From an uncultured virus (IMG/VR IMGVR_UViG_3300046822_000192) (taxonomy: Duplodnaviria; Heunggongvirae; Uroviricota; Caudoviricetes): 64,000 bases of DNA. Position 1 is the stretch's first letter, and each line of letters begins with the position of its first letter. This document shows, piece by piece, positions 40,101 to 50,904 of the stretch. Under the pieces are notes generated by a model. That model was not told the origin of the DNA and did no database searches. It saw only the letters and a list, made by a program, of their open reading frames with translations. The translations under genes and the position numbers were made by a program. The stretch lies in IMG/VR virus record IMGVR_UViG_3300046822_000192. One strand, written 5' to 3'.

Positions 40101-43100
40101 CTAGACTCCTAATACAGAACGTGCCCTTGTGCGACTCCTGGTCGCGTCTGTTCTCCACATACGCTCTAGAGCCGGGAAGATCTGCTCGCGTACCGATTTT
40201 TCTACACTAGGGCCATCCATCGCATTAATCGAGAAGTGCACGTGAACATCACCAGCACTAGTATTGCCGCCGCGATTCCGGCTTGCTGGAATAACCTCTT
40301 CACCCCGGTGAAGGTAAGCATACCCATCACGCGGAATATATGAACTACCGGATGCGAACGCTCCCAATCCAAGCCATACATTGTTTGGGTTGGTATTCAC
40401 TGGAGGATTATTCGTTCCTGGAGGATTTTGTACTGTTACAGTGCTGCCGCTAGCTGTATTAGTATTGTCTTCCGTTGTCGTAATCGTCGGCTGAATAGTT
40501 GTACCACCCGGTGTTGTAGACGTTCCAGCAGGCAGTCCTCCGCCGACAGGAACCCCGCCGATGATCAAAGTACCTGGAGGTAGAATCAATCCAGTACCTT
40601 TATCGATCGTATCGACCGGCGCACCATAAGGATTTCCATTTCCACCGGAAGCTGTATCCGCAGCACTACCCGCTTCAGCGATAGCTAAAGCCAACTTGTG
40701 GAAAATATCAGCACTCTTTGCTGCGATGCCTGTCAACAATTCAAGCTGAGTACGCTGATCTTCCAGCGCGAGACCCTCTTTCATGAGCTGATCAATAGTG
40801 GCATTAATCTTGTCGATATCGCTCTGTTGAGCGACACCGAGAATGTTCATGTATGCCATGGTCTGCTGAGCGAGAGCATCCAAAGTAGAAATTTGATTCT
40901 GCTCCGTCGTGATCGTATTTCTCAGTGTAGCAATCTGGATTGTCTGTGTAGTGATCTGCTCTTCTAATGCAGCCTTCTGTGCTGTAATCTGCGCCGTAGC
41001 ATCCGTCTTAGCCTTATCAAGATCGGCTGTAGCCTGCGCTACATCACCGACAGACTGTGCAAGCTGCTGCTGCAGTGTTTGTAACAAGGTTACACGGCTC
41101 GCGGCATCCTGTTGTGCAAACTGATTCTTGAGTGCATCGAGACTTCTCTGTGCATAAACAGCCTGGACCGAACCCTTTGTTGCATTGATAATAATCTGGA
41201 ATTGATCTTCAGCAACCTGACGCGATAAATCCTGAATTTGCGTGGCAAGATCCGCCTGCTTGCGTACAGCATCGTCATAAGCCTTCTGCGTTTCACTGAT
41301 GGCATTTGTATACTGGTTTGTCCAGTAAACGTTATCCCCAAGCTGCTTTTGCGCAGCAGAAACCGATGCCGTCAAACTGATAATGGATGAATTTGCACCG
41401 TCGATAACAGTCTGTGCAGCCTGGATCTTTGAATTGAGAAGATCCAATTTCTGTTGATAAGCGTCTGCTAACTGTTGTTGGAGATCCGCCAATTTGTTTT
41501 CTACGTCAGCCTGAGTAGCGATAGCTGTCTGTAATTTAGCTGCCGCATCCGCCGCATCCTGCTGAGCCTGCTGCAGAGCGGCAAATTGTGCAATAAGAGG
41601 CGGTACGGTTATACCTACGGCAATCAGTGCGGCATTCATATTTGTAATATCGGTACCGAGTACCTCAAGAATACGGCTGCTCGCTACACCAGTATCGCTC
41701 ATCATCTGCAAAGCCTGTTCCATGGCATCCACACCGGTAGGAGCGCCGGTAACTTTATCGATGATCTGCATCGCAGCCGCGAGATCATCGGCTTGCTTCT
41801 TGAGAGCCGCTACGGCAGCTTCCTGTTCAGTGGCTGTAGCAATACCCTTATCCATATCCGACAGGATCTGGTTGAGCAACGGGCGCATATTCTGGTACAT
41901 CTGATTTACGACAATGGCATTGTCTCTTCCCTTTGCAGCAAAGGTATCCGCCGCAGTCTGGAACTTCGACCACAAATCTTCTACCGCAGTTTTGGCGTCT
42001 GTCGCACCCTGCATAGTCTGCTTACCGGAAGCGAGCAGGGCATTGTTCTCGTCAACAATAGATGCTAAAGCTTGTGCAAATGGATTCTGAAAACTCTGAA
42101 CGAACTCATTAGCAACCAAGTGAGTCTTGCTAATAAGAACTGTAACAATAGCGGACACAGCGGCAACGGCGGCTGCGATAGCGGCAGCTTCTGGATGCCC
42201 GGCCTGTAATAATCCAAGCGCCGCACCTGCAGCTCCCCCAGTTATAGCACCGCCAATACCTCCAATTTTACCACCGATACCAGCTCCAGCCATCGCTAGT
42301 GCTCCGGTGAACTTACCCATCTTATTGAACAACCCATCGGGTCCATTAAAGAAGGTGTCCATCCAATCGGTGAGAGGCTTAACAATAGCTTTCATCAACC
42401 CATCCTTGATCTGCTTCGTGAACGCATCAATAACAGGTTTGAACATGTCTGTTGCAAATGTTGCGAAGTCTCTCCATGTAATTTTACCCTTCGCCAGAAA
42501 CTGCTCAAACAGACGATCGAATGCGTGGCTAAATTCACGCTCATATGCAGCCGCGCTAGCCTTCGCCAATTCATCTCCCTGCTTCTTGATCTTCTCCATA
42601 TCTGCCGGACTGATCATTGGATTCTCGCCAGGAAGATTGCGCCCTGGATGTGTAGGATCGTTATTATTCACTTCATTAAGAATTTCAATTGGACTCAATC
42701 CGCCACTATTCACATTATTCATAGCAGCCTGATTGCTCCGTATGGAAGCGATAGCTACAAGTTCTGCATAATAGCTCTTAGCAGTATCTGTACCGACATC
42801 TAGCACGTGATTAATCTCGCGCTGAAACTGGAGATAGTCGTTCTCGTGCTTTAATAATTCAATCAAAGCGGAACTGGATTCCTCGACCATCTGCTTGCCC
42901 TTACGCGCATCTTCGATATACGCCAGAAGTGCCGCATCTTGGAGATTTAGAGCATGTCCGAGTGCAAGTTCGAGATCAATCTGCTTTTTAATTTCATTCC
43001 CGTGAACAAGCATAATTGCTTGGAAAGATGTACCAGATGCAAGCAGATTCTTAATAGCGTCATCCCATGATTTATCTTTTGCAGTTACATTATTCACTTC

Positions 43101-44774
43101 ATCCATGTGCTTTTGAACTAAAGCATTATATTTAGCCTGCTCTGCACCAGCAATTTTGATAAGTTCGGTATGTGCCTGCGTAGCGGCAGCTGTTGCACGC
43201 ACAGCTTTCTCATGCTCACGGTAATCAGCTGCGGCAGCTAGCACATCCTTCCGCAACTGATCAACGGTCGTACGGTAAATCTCAATGTGATATCCGAGAT
43301 TGTTGAAATTCTCTGCAGCTTTCTTGAGATTCTGCATTTCCTCATCATGCGCAGTTGCTTGGTCCGCCTGAGCCTGCTTAACAGTGTCGTAAGTATCCTT
43401 TAGATCTCTCAAGAGAACGGCAACAGCTAAAATTGCAGCTCCCCAAGCCGCTATAGATATATTTAGCGCATCTACTGCTGCGGCAGCGGACATAACCCAC
43501 TTCGTAAGCCCGAAGCCTATAATAACCGTTAATGCCAATCCTAACGTTTTCAGTTCTGAACTGTAAGTTATCGTGCCTTGTGCAAGATCGGCAAATGCTT
43601 TTGCAGTACTTAGTAAGGCCGGTGTTACAGCGTTAGAAAGTTCAATTTCAACCGCGTTCAATCGATCTCTGACTATTTTTAGCTGGCCTGCTGCATCTTC
43701 AGCTTTCTTAGCAACACCGTCTTGAAGTGCGTGTCCGGTACCGTCCATTGCATCTGTGCTGGCTTTCAGCGCACGCGTGGCTAGATCTGTCACATTGCCC
43801 AAGCGTGTCATAACATCTTCGACACGCACACCCTTGAGACCAAGTGCGTCCATGATGGCAATCGTATCTGCACCGGCTTTCTTCTGCTCCGCAAGACCTG
43901 CAGTAAACGAAAGTACAGCTTTGGTCGGATTGTCCTTCCAAGCATCTGTAAATTCTTTTGCAGTTAAACCTGATACTTGAGCGAACAAAGCCAGATGATG
44001 ATTGCTGCCGTTAATAGCTTCACCGATATCCGTAACTACTTTGATCATGCTGGATGAAGACTTCTCAGCACGCAGCCCGGCAGACGCCATAGCCGTAGCC
44101 ATAGCCAATGTCTGGCTTGCTGACATATTAGCCATTGCCGCCACGCCGGACAATGCCAGAGAGAAGTGCAAGACTTCTTCAGTTGTTGTCGGGAATTCTT
44201 TACTACCGAGAGTGAACACCGCATTCGCAAGAGTTTTGATCTGGTCTTGAGGTATATGCAGGTTGTCTGCAAGACGCACGAACGCCGTTGTCGCCTCATC
44301 ACCGGATAGTTTCGATACGGTACCGATACCGGCAATAGACTCCGTGAACTGCATCAAATTGCTCTTAGAGATACCTAACTGTCCACCAACTTCTGCAATT
44401 CTCGCGAGATCTGCTGCAGCTACGGGTAGTTTTGTGGATAGATCAATAAGACTCTGAGCCATGCGCTCAAACTCGGCATTTGTGCCGGAGACCTTGGTTT
44501 GAATACCAACCATGGCATCCTGGAACTGAATACCAGTGTTGATAACATCCTGGATACCGGAAATGATACGCGTGAATATAAATGCTGCCACAAAGCCGGT
44601 AACTGCCGACTGCATTTTCTTCATGGTAGCTTCGAGACGATCAAAGGCTGTAGTAGCCTGCTGAGAAGACTTTGATGCAACTGGTCCGATTTGGGCGAGC
44701 GCAGAACCGTAGGCATTGACAGCCGTAATGGCTCCTTGTGCGTTCGTCGTGATGTTGAAAATAATATTCGGCAT
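40101..44774 (-). CDS. Tail tape measure protein (TP901 type)
   Basis: 1557 aa, Ala/Gln-rich helical; LARIAEVGGQLGI; FASGSSYIP..LHRGEEVIPA. Confidence 0.95.
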   Translation of the reverse strand: MPNIIFNITTNAQGAITAVNAYGSALAQIGPVASKSSQQATTAFDRLEATMKKMQSAVTGFVAAFIFTRIISGIQDVINTGIQFQDAMVGIQTKVSGTNAEFERMAQSLIDLSTKLPVAAADLARIAEVGGQLGISKSNLMQFTESIAGIGTVSKLSGDEATTAFVRLADNLHIPQDQIKTLANAVFTLGSKEFPTTTEEVLHFSLALSGVAAMANMSASQTLAMATAMASAGLRAEKSSSSMIKVVTDIGEAINGSNHHLALFAQVSGLTAKEFTDAWKDNPTKAVLSFTAGLAEQKKAGADTIAIMDALGLKGVRVEDVMTRLGNVTDLATRALKASTDAMDGTGHALQDGVAKKAEDAAGQLKIVRDRLNAVEIELSNAVTPALLSTAKAFADLAQGTITYSSELKTLGLALTVIIGFGLTKWVMSAAAAVDALNISIAAWGAAILAVAVLLRDLKDTYDTVKQAQADQATAHDEEMQNLKKAAENFNNLGYHIEIYRTTVDQLRKDVLAAAADYREHEKAVRATAAATQAHTELIKIAGAEQAKYNALVQKHMDEVNNVTAKDKSWDDAIKNLLASGTSFQAIMLVHGNEIKKQIDLELALGHALNLQDAALLAYIEDARKGKQMVEESSSALIELLKHENDYLQFQREINHVLDVGTDTAKSYYAELVAIASIRSNQAAMNNVNSGGLSPIEILNEVNNNDPTHPGRNLPGENPMISPADMEKIKKQGDELAKASAAAYEREFSHAFDRLFEQFLAKGKITWRDFATFATDMFKPVIDAFTKQIKDGLMKAIVKPLTDWMDTFFNGPDGLFNKMGKFTGALAMAGAGIGGKIGGIGGAITGGAAGAALGLLQAGHPEAAAIAAAVAAVSAIVTVLISKTHLVANEFVQSFQNPFAQALASIVDENNALLASGKQTMQGATDAKTAVEDLWSKFQTAADTFAAKGRDNAIVVNQMYQNMRPLLNQILSDMDKGIATATEQEAAVAALKKQADDLAAAMQIIDKVTGAPTGVDAMEQALQMMSDTGVASSRILEVLGTDITNMNAALIAVGITVPPLIAQFAALQQAQQDAADAAAKLQTAIATQADVENKLADLQQQLADAYQQKLDLLNSKIQAAQTVIDGANSSIISLTASVSAAQKQLGDNVYWTNQYTNAISETQKAYDDAVRKQADLATQIQDLSRQVAEDQFQIIINATKGSVQAVYAQRSLDALKNQFAQQDAASRVTLLQTLQQQLAQSVGDVAQATADLDKAKTDATAQITAQKAALEEQITTQTIQIATLRNTITTEQNQISTLDALAQQTMAYMNILGVAQQSDIDKINATIDQLMKEGLALEDQRTQLELLTGIAAKSADIFHKLALAIAEAGSAADTASGGNGNPYGAPVDTIDKGTGLILPPGTLIIGGVPVGGGLPAGTSTTPGGTTIQPTITTTEDNTNTASGSTVTVQNPPGTNNPPVNTNPNNVWLGLGAFASGSSYIPRDGYAYLHRGEEVIPASRNRGGNTSAGDVHVHFSINAMDGPSVEKSVREQIFPALERMWRTDATRSRTRARSVLGV

Positions 44775-44777
44775 CGT

Positions 44778-45302
44778 TTACTCGGACGGTTGTTCTAGAA
44801 AATGAAATTCAGGACCTCGATTCTTATTGGACTCTGCCTCAGCAGCCCTTGCATGAGCCTCTTCACGACGTTCATCGTTCTGCCTGTTTAGCTCCGCTTT
44901 GGAAGCAATAAGTTCTGTAACCGTAATAGGGTCCAGCTCTGACTCTACCAGCAGGCCAAGGTCTGCAGAGTTTACTAGTCTAAATAGTCTATCTACAGCA
45001 GGATAGACATTCTCTCTATTGGCGAAGATATCTTCGTTATGCGCATACACATTGTGCGGGCATACTGTTCCACCTTCTATACCATCCACCCCATAGGGCA
45101 AGCTTTCACAAGCTGCCGGACTTCTGCGCAGCCAAGGACAGTGATGCTTATTTGGAGTATTGCTGCGAATAGCATCCTGGGATTCTTTATCCCCCAGTAA
45201 TCTAAAAAGTTCTACGAACGATTCCTCACGCGGACAACTCTCAATTTCATTCGCGTCATTCCACGTCCGTAGAGCTTCAATAGCGCTATCCGCAGCTATA
45301 CG
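44778..45302 (-). CDS. Tail assembly chaperone -1 frameshift extension (gpT-like)
   Basis: Open -1 frame from 45302 (RIAADSAIEALRTW...) runs into the 44778-45101 ORF. Confidence 0.8.
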   Translation of the reverse strand, partial: RIAADSAIEALRTWNDANEIESCPREESFVELFRLLGDKESQDAIRSNTPNKHHCPWLRRSPAACESLPYGVDGIEGGTVCPHNVYAHNEDIFANRENVYPAVDRLFRLVNSADLGLLVESELDPITVTELIASKAELNRQNDERREEAHARAAEAESNKNRGPEFHFLEQPSE

Positions 45303-46084
45303 TTTTTTTCCACAAGGTCCGTAAAGATCTTGTCAACCAGCCAGATTTTGTGCCACAACGGAACGCTATCGATCCAGGCAGTTTTATTATCCGATCGGCA
45401 TTCGATACCACTCACGAGAGCGCCGGATATCGATTGGACTGTCGCATCGTAAAGCTTTTCCAGCGTGTTGTAGTTTTCAGCTACCGTCCAGAGATTCTTT
45501 TTCTGAAGATAGCGGTTACGCTTGGATGCCTTATATTCGCGATACTGGGCCTCTGTAGGCTGCACGTAAGAATGAACCATCTCAATGTCCGCAATTGTAT
45601 CGGTGATCTCGTCATAGATCGGCTGATGCGTTACAACGGCATTCAGGACAGTCGCATCGACATTGATATCAAATTCGGTGCTGTCTTCAGCTTCAATAGG
45701 CTCGCTGCGCAGACCCCCAAATGTGTGTTCGACAACACTCGGCTTGAGATTCGGATTGTTATCAAAGAACCGGCGCTGCTGATCCGGTGTGCCGGTCGCA
45801 TTGGACATTCTTACGAAATGATCATTGAAAAGAGATGCATAGACAGAGTTATCGGCATTCTCGATCTCCAAGTCACGTTTCGTGCGCCGGTAACCCGCAA
45901 CAATCTTACTCAGTACATCCTTCAGCTCTTCAGGCTTGTAAGGAGACATGAATACATAGACAGTCGGACTCTTTGCACCTTGCTTCAATTCAAGCGGATA
46001 TGCTGTAACTGCGGCAAGATCGAGAAGTGGTTTCTTATTTTTCCAGGTAATGGATTGGACAGTGGTCGGGGAGACAGTAGACAT
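45296..46084 (-). CDS. Tail assembly chaperone (gpG-like)
   Basis: Between tail tube and TMP; ends in slippery A AAA AAC. Confidence 0.75.
   Translation of the reverse strand: MSTVSPTTVQSITWKNKKPLLDLAAVTAYPLELKQGAKSPTVYVFMSPYKPEELKDVLSKIVAGYRRTKRDLEIENADNSVYASLFNDHFVRMSNATGTPDQQRRFFDNNPNLKPSVVEHTFGGLRSEPIEAEDSTEFDINVDATVLNAVVTHQPIYDEITDTIADIEMVHSYVQPTEAQYREYKASKRNRYLQKKNLWTVAENYNTLEKLYDATVQSISGALVSGIECRSDNKTAWIDSVPLWHKIWLVDKIFTDLVEKNV
45302..45308 (-). promoter_or_regulatory. Programmed -1 frameshift heptamer A AAA AAC
   Basis: GAA AAA AAC GTA TAG with open -1 frame. Confidence 0.8.
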
Positions 46085-46120
46085 GAGTTACTCCAAGTGG
46101 CCCTAGCTGGGCGAGTTGAA

Positions 46121-46149
46121 TTTGCCGGATTTTTAAGGAATCCGGCAAA
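46121..46149. terminator. 11-bp hairpin after tail tube gene
   Basis: TTTGCCGGATT-7-AATCCGGCAAA; weak U-tract. Confidence 0.5.
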
Positions 46150-46166
46150 ACCTTTGCAAACCAGAG

Positions 46167-46607
46167 TTATATGATACGACGAGTTAGCTGACCGGCTACG
46201 GTAAATGTAACCTGAGCTTCCAAGTTTGCACCGTGAGCGCCCTGAAGAATCTTATAGCTCGACAGAACAGCTGCACCGCTGAATCGCGGATTGGTTGCAC
46301 TGACTGAACTGCTAGCATCCGCGCCAACTTCAATACCAAACGGTGTATGAGCTGCACCGAAACCGCTGCTACCGAGAAGACCGGAAATCGTCGCATCGAC
46401 CTTGGCTGAAGCAAAATCCTGCAGGAATGTAGCCTGCACAGACCAGCTTTCCAGCCCAGAGATCATCTTCAGAACATTATCGCCGTGTGTATCGTTCGGA
46501 AGAGTTGCAACCGTTGTATCGAGAGTAATGTCACGTGCATGGTCAGAAAGGTTCACACCACCAATACCGATGAACCCGTTCTTCCAGCAACCGAAGCCGT
46601 TGGCCAT
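46167..46607 (-). CDS. Major tail (tube) protein
   Basis: GVNLSDH, GLESWSV, TNPRFSG..., synteny. Confidence 0.8.
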   Translation of the reverse strand: MANGFGCWKNGFIGIGGVNLSDHARDITLDTTVATLPNDTHGDNVLKMISGLESWSVQATFLQDFASAKVDATISGLLGSSGFGAAHTPFGIEVGADASSSVSATNPRFSGAAVLSSYKILQGAHGANLEAQVTFTVAGQLTRRII

Positions 46608-46716
46608 AAAATTTTTCTACTCCTAATCGTTACAACAGGGAGGCGTGCTGCGTGCCTGCGCCGCAATGATGCGGTAAAAAGGCAAGTATGCAGTATAGTC
46701 ACGGGCTGGAAGAAGA

Positions 46717-47118
46717 TTATTTGGCCAAGTCTATAAGCCAGATACGGTAGGTCTTAATTGCACCTTTGTACCAGCGTAGTAGCTGCTCATGAAACAGTTT
46801 CGATGCCGGATAGTATCGGAAAGTCTCAAGAGTACTTCTGTCAAGCCATTCTTGCCAACGATGCTGAAAAGCAATTCCTGCGGTAATAAGATCCTCGTGC
46901 AGTTGTTTTTTATTCTTCGTGATGTAAAACTTATCGAGAACGGCAGATATATCCTTAGAGAGCAGGAGTCCAGCCTCGTATAAAACTATATGTCCAGATG
47001 GGATATTCCAGTCACCGGCCTCGAAACATTCCATCATGTCTACGGTAAAGTCTCTAAGATGCCTGATTACTAGGTATAACACGTTAGGATCTAATCGCTT
47101 GAGCTTGGAACTCTGCAT
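46717..47118 (-). CDS. Hypothetical protein
   Basis: ORF in structural operon. Confidence 0.55.
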   Translation of the reverse strand: MQSSKLKRLDPNVLYLVIRHLRDFTVDMMECFEAGDWNIPSGHIVLYEAGLLLSKDISAVLDKFYITKNKKQLHEDLITAGIAFQHRWQEWLDRSTLETFRYYPASKLFHEQLLRWYKGAIKTYRIWLIDLAK

Positions 47119-47485
47119 AGAAAGTTTTACTTCCTGTCTCACCGCGCTGCATGACTGCTGGGCCGTTAATCTTGAAGATATCTGTATATTCCACGCCATT
47201 TATTGTGGTATCCCCAAGCCCGTCTAATAGATCAATAATACTTAGTATATTCATCAATGCAGTCTGCGCCGATGTATGTCTGGATAAAATTTGGAATCTG
47301 GAAGTGTCGAATTTGATACCGCCAGGATTAGCCTGTTTCCCGTGTGTTCTAGTGCTGCGTCTATCATATTCAATGATAGCAATTTGATTAATCGGTTGCG
47401 CAGCTAGCTCATAGATAGTAATCGGAGTTACACCTTGCCCTATTAAATAGGTATATATGTCTGCTCCAATGTTAGGCGCTCCCAC
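47084..47485 (-). CDS. Tail terminator (putative)
   Basis: Synteny; FQILSR...L.G. Confidence 0.7.
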   Translation of the reverse strand: MGAPNIGADIYTYLIGQGVTPITIYELAAQPINQIAIIEYDRRSTRTHGKQANPGGIKFDTSRFQILSRHTSAQTALMNILSIIDLLDGLGDTTINGVEYTDIFKINGPAVMQRGETGSKTFYAEFQAQAIRS

Positions 47486-47624
47486 TATCGTCGTCTCCTA
47501 GGAAAGTCTTCACAGATAGCCATCTTACGCCCGCGTCACATACACAGCAGGATTCACATCCCCAACATCGGACGCAGATATACTCAGATTCATGGAAATC
47601 ACAATCCAGACAAGTCGATACCAC

Positions 47625-48047
47625 TTACCTATATGTCCTTTCAATGTCATCTACTAATTCCTGCAGGGTTTCTGAAGCACCTTCCGGTAAATCTTCTGCA
47701 ATATCCAGCATGTGAGCTTCTACAAACTTCGGACCCGATCCCGGCAATGTATATTTGCGATCCCGTAAATCGTCATGCACATAAGCCGCGTAGTCCACAA
47801 ATCCGCCAGCCGGTGTCTCTCCACCGTAGATGACAGCATACCCCTCTTGTACGGCTTCCACGCGCCCTGTAGAGCGCAAAGCCCCGGTATCCTTCGGGCA
47901 CGTTGGATAACTGCCATACAGCGAATCGTAGAGAACTTTATTTGCGATGATCTTTGAAGACTGTTTCGCTGCAATAGGAATCCCATTAACCAGTGCCTTG
48001 ATACCAGCTACAATGCTATCAATATTGTGGGTAATTTTGACTGCCAT
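47625..48047 (-). CDS. HK97 gp10-like neck protein
   Basis: PKDTGALRST, YAAYVH, PKF. Confidence 0.8.
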   Translation of the reverse strand: MAVKITHNIDSIVAGIKALVNGIPIAAKQSSKIIANKVLYDSLYGSYPTCPKDTGALRSTGRVEAVQEGYAVIYGGETPAGGFVDYAAYVHDDLRDRKYTLPGSGPKFVEAHMLDIAEDLPEGASETLQELVDDIERTYR

Positions 48048-48406
48048 TAGAGTATCGCTTTGTATAGAGTCGTGCCACTGCTGCGCAGTTCAGAGGAACT
48101 ATCGACATGCAAAATACGAAATGCGCCGGATACCGCTTCTGGATTGGTCACCACACTGGTACCTAAGTAGAGATAACCACCTATTGCAAATGCAGTTTGC
48201 GTGGAATACACTATAGAATGACCGAGATCCTCATCCCCGCGCATATTCTGGAACTTAACTACCTTACTCTCGAAACGCACTCCGTTATTCGTTGCTGGGT
48301 CCAATACAACCGGAGCTGCGAAGACGGGATCTCCATAGACACCGTACGATCCTGTAGGTGCCCAGTATGTCGCCACGGCATTCATGGCTGCAGTAAACAA
48401 CGACAT
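48047..48406 (-). CDS. Head closure protein (putative)
   Basis: ATYWAP..YGDPVFAAP; synteny. Confidence 0.7.
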   Translation of the reverse strand: MSLFTAAMNAVATYWAPTGSYGVYGDPVFAAPVVLDPATNNGVRFESKVVKFQNMRGDEDLGHSIVYSTQTAFAIGGYLYLGTSVVTNPEAVSGAFRILHVDSSSELRSSGTTLYKAIL

Positions 48407-48416
48407 TTAGCTCCTC

Positions 48417-48839
48417 TTAATCCTTAGTAAGATGTCGCGTAAAATTCTTACTATCTTCACGCGGAGCGGCACGGAAAGTCCCGCGAGGTATGCCAAGATT
48501 AGCTAGAAAGCTACTGCGATCGAGAACAAGAACTTGCTGCCCGTATACCGTTAGATTCAAACCTTTTCCCCACGCTGTTGTAACAGAATATGGGAAACTG
48601 TGCTGTTCACCGTCCCCGACCTTGGATCGGATAGCAACCGGATCTCGAATGTCGGCAAAGTGAGCGGCTAGCCAGCGTTCTATCTCGAACAACTCAGCAT
48701 CACTTAATGGTGGATTTGCAGCACTTGCCGGGATAACATTGGTTAGAATATTAGCCACATTGATAAACGCACCTAGAGTGGTATCATCAAGAGCTGTAGA
48801 GAAAATTGCGCGGAGATCGGTTACAGTTATACGTGCCAT
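48417..48839 (-). CDS. Head-tail adaptor (putative)
   Basis: IERWLAAH, GLNLTVYGQQ..LD. Confidence 0.75.
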   Translation of the reverse strand: MARITVTDLRAIFSTALDDTTLGAFINVANILTNVIPASAANPPLSDAELFEIERWLAAHFADIRDPVAIRSKVGDGEQHSFPYSVTTAWGKGLNLTVYGQQVLVLDRSSFLANLGIPRGTFRAAPREDSKNFTRHLTKD

Positions 48840-48888
48840 GAGTGACAGTATGAATCCACGCCACTCACGGCACAATTTGGTGGGAGTT

Positions 48889-49416
48889 TTAGCTGCTAAT
48901 TGTAACTATTCCACCACCTTCGCCGCTGCGATCCAATTTCGGTGTAGCAGCTTGCGCAACAAGAACTGTCCTGCGAGTTTCGATTGCAGTAATAACATCC
49001 TCGCGTGGGGCCGCAGCTTCGCATTCGAGATTAAAAATGCGATCCAGCTCTTCGGTAGTCTTGATACCAGATATGTATTCCAGAGCTTTTTTCTTGCTCA
49101 GCTTATCGATATCGAACTTGATATCCTTTTTCTGGGTATTTTCGGCTATCGTTACAGGTGGCATACTAGGAAGCTTTTCAGTTTTCACGGCGGTACTTGT
49201 CGGTGGATCGCTGATGGTTGCTTGTCCAACAATTGTCTTCGGGACACTTGCAGGATCTGGCGAACCGTCATCACGAACGGCTACCATCCGCCACTTGTTT
49301 GCAGCTAGTTCGGAGGGTAGTGGAACAAAATCATACGGCGCTCTGTGTAATTTCATTACACCTTCAGCATCTGGCCGGGAAATCGCTCCTGAGAGGAGCC
49401 GATAAATTATTGCCAT
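48889..49416 (-). CDS. Hypothetical protein after capsid gene
   Basis: AAGG RBS; E....R..VI.AIE motif. Confidence 0.6.
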   Translation of the reverse strand: MAIIYRLLSGAISRPDAEGVMKLHRAPYDFVPLPSELAANKWRMVAVRDDGSPDPASVPKTIVGQATISDPPTSTAVKTEKLPSMPPVTIAENTQKKDIKFDIDKLSKKKALEYISGIKTTEELDRIFNLECEAAAPREDVITAIETRRTVLVAQAATPKLDRSGEGGGIVTISS

Positions 49417-49487
49417 GGGATTCCTTTTTTATTTGACATACAGAACAGCTGAGTATAGCATATCTTTCGAAGGAGACAGGAACCTAA

Positions 49488-49802
49488 ATGATGTATTCGA
49501 AAGGACCGTACAGAGTAACCGGTTTGGATACTCCGGGCATGAAAGTTGTAAATAGCGCTGCCGGTAAAGTTGTCGCTACGATGAGCACATACGCTGTCGG
49601 AGAAGATACAGGTACCGGTAATGCCATTATCCTCTCCAAAGCACCGCAGATGTTCGAGTTGATCGAGCAGTTGTACAGATTCATGCAACGTAATGGCATT
49701 GTAGGCTATGAGGGTAGTCAGCTTGCCATTCTCCGGTTTATGATTGCCGAAGCAGGCGACATTATTGAAGTCGCGAATCGTGAATATCAGGAGAATACAT
49801 AA
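49488..49802 (+). CDS. Hypothetical protein inserted on opposite strand
   Basis: AAGGAG upstream; SKGPY...NAIILSKAPQM resembles 7438 ORF. Confidence 0.65.
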   Translation: MMYSKGPYRVTGLDTPGMKVVNSAAGKVVATMSTYAVGEDTGTGNAIILSKAPQMFELIEQLYRFMQRNGIVGYEGSQLAILRFMIAEAGDIIEVANREYQENT

Positions 49803-49803
49803 C

Positions 49804-49832
49804 AAAAAAGGGGAGGCATTTAGCCTCCCCTT
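49804..49832 (-). terminator. Rho-independent terminator after capsid gene
   Basis: AAGGGGAGGC-TAAAT-GCCTCCCC-TTTTTT on minus strand. Confidence 0.85.
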
Positions 49833-49852
49833 AATCTTTACAACTCAGCTAT

Positions 49853-50899
49853 TTAGCTGATTCCGGTCACTGTGCAGATACCCGATCCGGCAGCTGCGTC
49901 AGACTTAACTCGCGGTGCAAGCGCTGCCATCACCTTGAAGTGAAGCATAAGACCGCCCTTTGTTTCCCACTCGACAACCGTCAGGTCCTGACCGATAGCC
50001 AAATCTACCACGTCACGGCGCATGGTAACCATGACACCAGTTCCAGAAGTCAGACGATCACCAGGACGTACATCTTCGATACCCTGGATACGACGGAGAC
50101 GATCGAAAATCTGATCACCAGAACCGTCCGTCAGGAAATTACGAAGTTTGTTGTACTGCGCTGTCGGAGCGTAAAGAACATACTGACCACCGAAGTAGCG
50201 AGCACCTTCCAGGACACCGATAACGTTGATGACGTCAGTCTGCGGGTTAGTTGCAGTTCCCCATGACGACCCAGCCTGAGTATTGATGCTCGGATGCGTT
50301 GTGTAGCCGTACAGGTTATTCGATGTCACGTTACCGGCACCGGTCTGTACTGAACCGCCAGGAGCAGTACCAAGAGCACCTACTGTGCTATTCATTCCAT
50401 TGAACAGAACTTCTTCCATCTGCTCTGTAACCTTCTGAGCAGCCGTCTCGATCTGAGTACGATCGATAGGAGCACCGATACTATTCGGACCGCGTGAAGC
50501 TTCCAAGCGACGAATATTGATACTGAAATCCTTGTGGAAGATCGGGACCGGAACACTCACAAGAGTGAATGTCACACTATCCTTTTCACCTTCGGTTACG
50601 CCGGAGAAGTCCACGTTCGCAGCCGTCATATCACCCAGCTGTTCATACTGCGAAAGAACCACACCAAGTCCACCGAGGTTGAATGACAGCCCACGGCTAA
50701 CAAGGTCGCTGATACCGATGAGACGCTGACGAGCAACGCCCACAAGGGTCTCGTCCAACTGTTGCCATTCTTCCTTACGGAGTACATCGTTGGTACGAAG
50801 AGCGCCGATGGCATTGAGTCCGTTGGTAGCGAGGAATCTCGCCGGACTGCCGCCACTGCGCAAAAAGTCTGCTGCGTGTTGAATAAGTGCCTTGTCCAT
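49853..50899 (-). CDS. Major capsid protein (HK97 fold, encapsulin/linocin-like type)
   Basis: LRKEEWQQLD, VPVPIFHKDFSINIRRL, YGYTTHP; synteny. Confidence 0.9.
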   Translation of the reverse strand: MDKALIQHAADFLRSGGSPARFLATNGLNAIGALRTNDVLRKEEWQQLDETLVGVARQRLIGISDLVSRGLSFNLGGLGVVLSQYEQLGDMTAANVDFSGVTEGEKDSVTFTLVSVPVPIFHKDFSINIRRLEASRGPNSIGAPIDRTQIETAAQKVTEQMEEVLFNGMNSTVGALGTAPGGSVQTGAGNVTSNNLYGYTTHPSINTQAGSSWGTATNPQTDVINVIGVLEGARYFGGQYVLYAPTAQYNKLRNFLTDGSGDQIFDRLRRIQGIEDVRPGDRLTSGTGVMVTMRRDVVDLAIGQDLTVVEWETKGGLMLHFKVMAALAPRVKSDAAAGSGICTVTGIS

Positions 50900-50904
50900 A
50901 ATTC

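Noticed and set aside
40698..44457. Plus-strand ORFs within the tape measure gene
   Set aside because: Antisense shadows of an Ala-rich gene.
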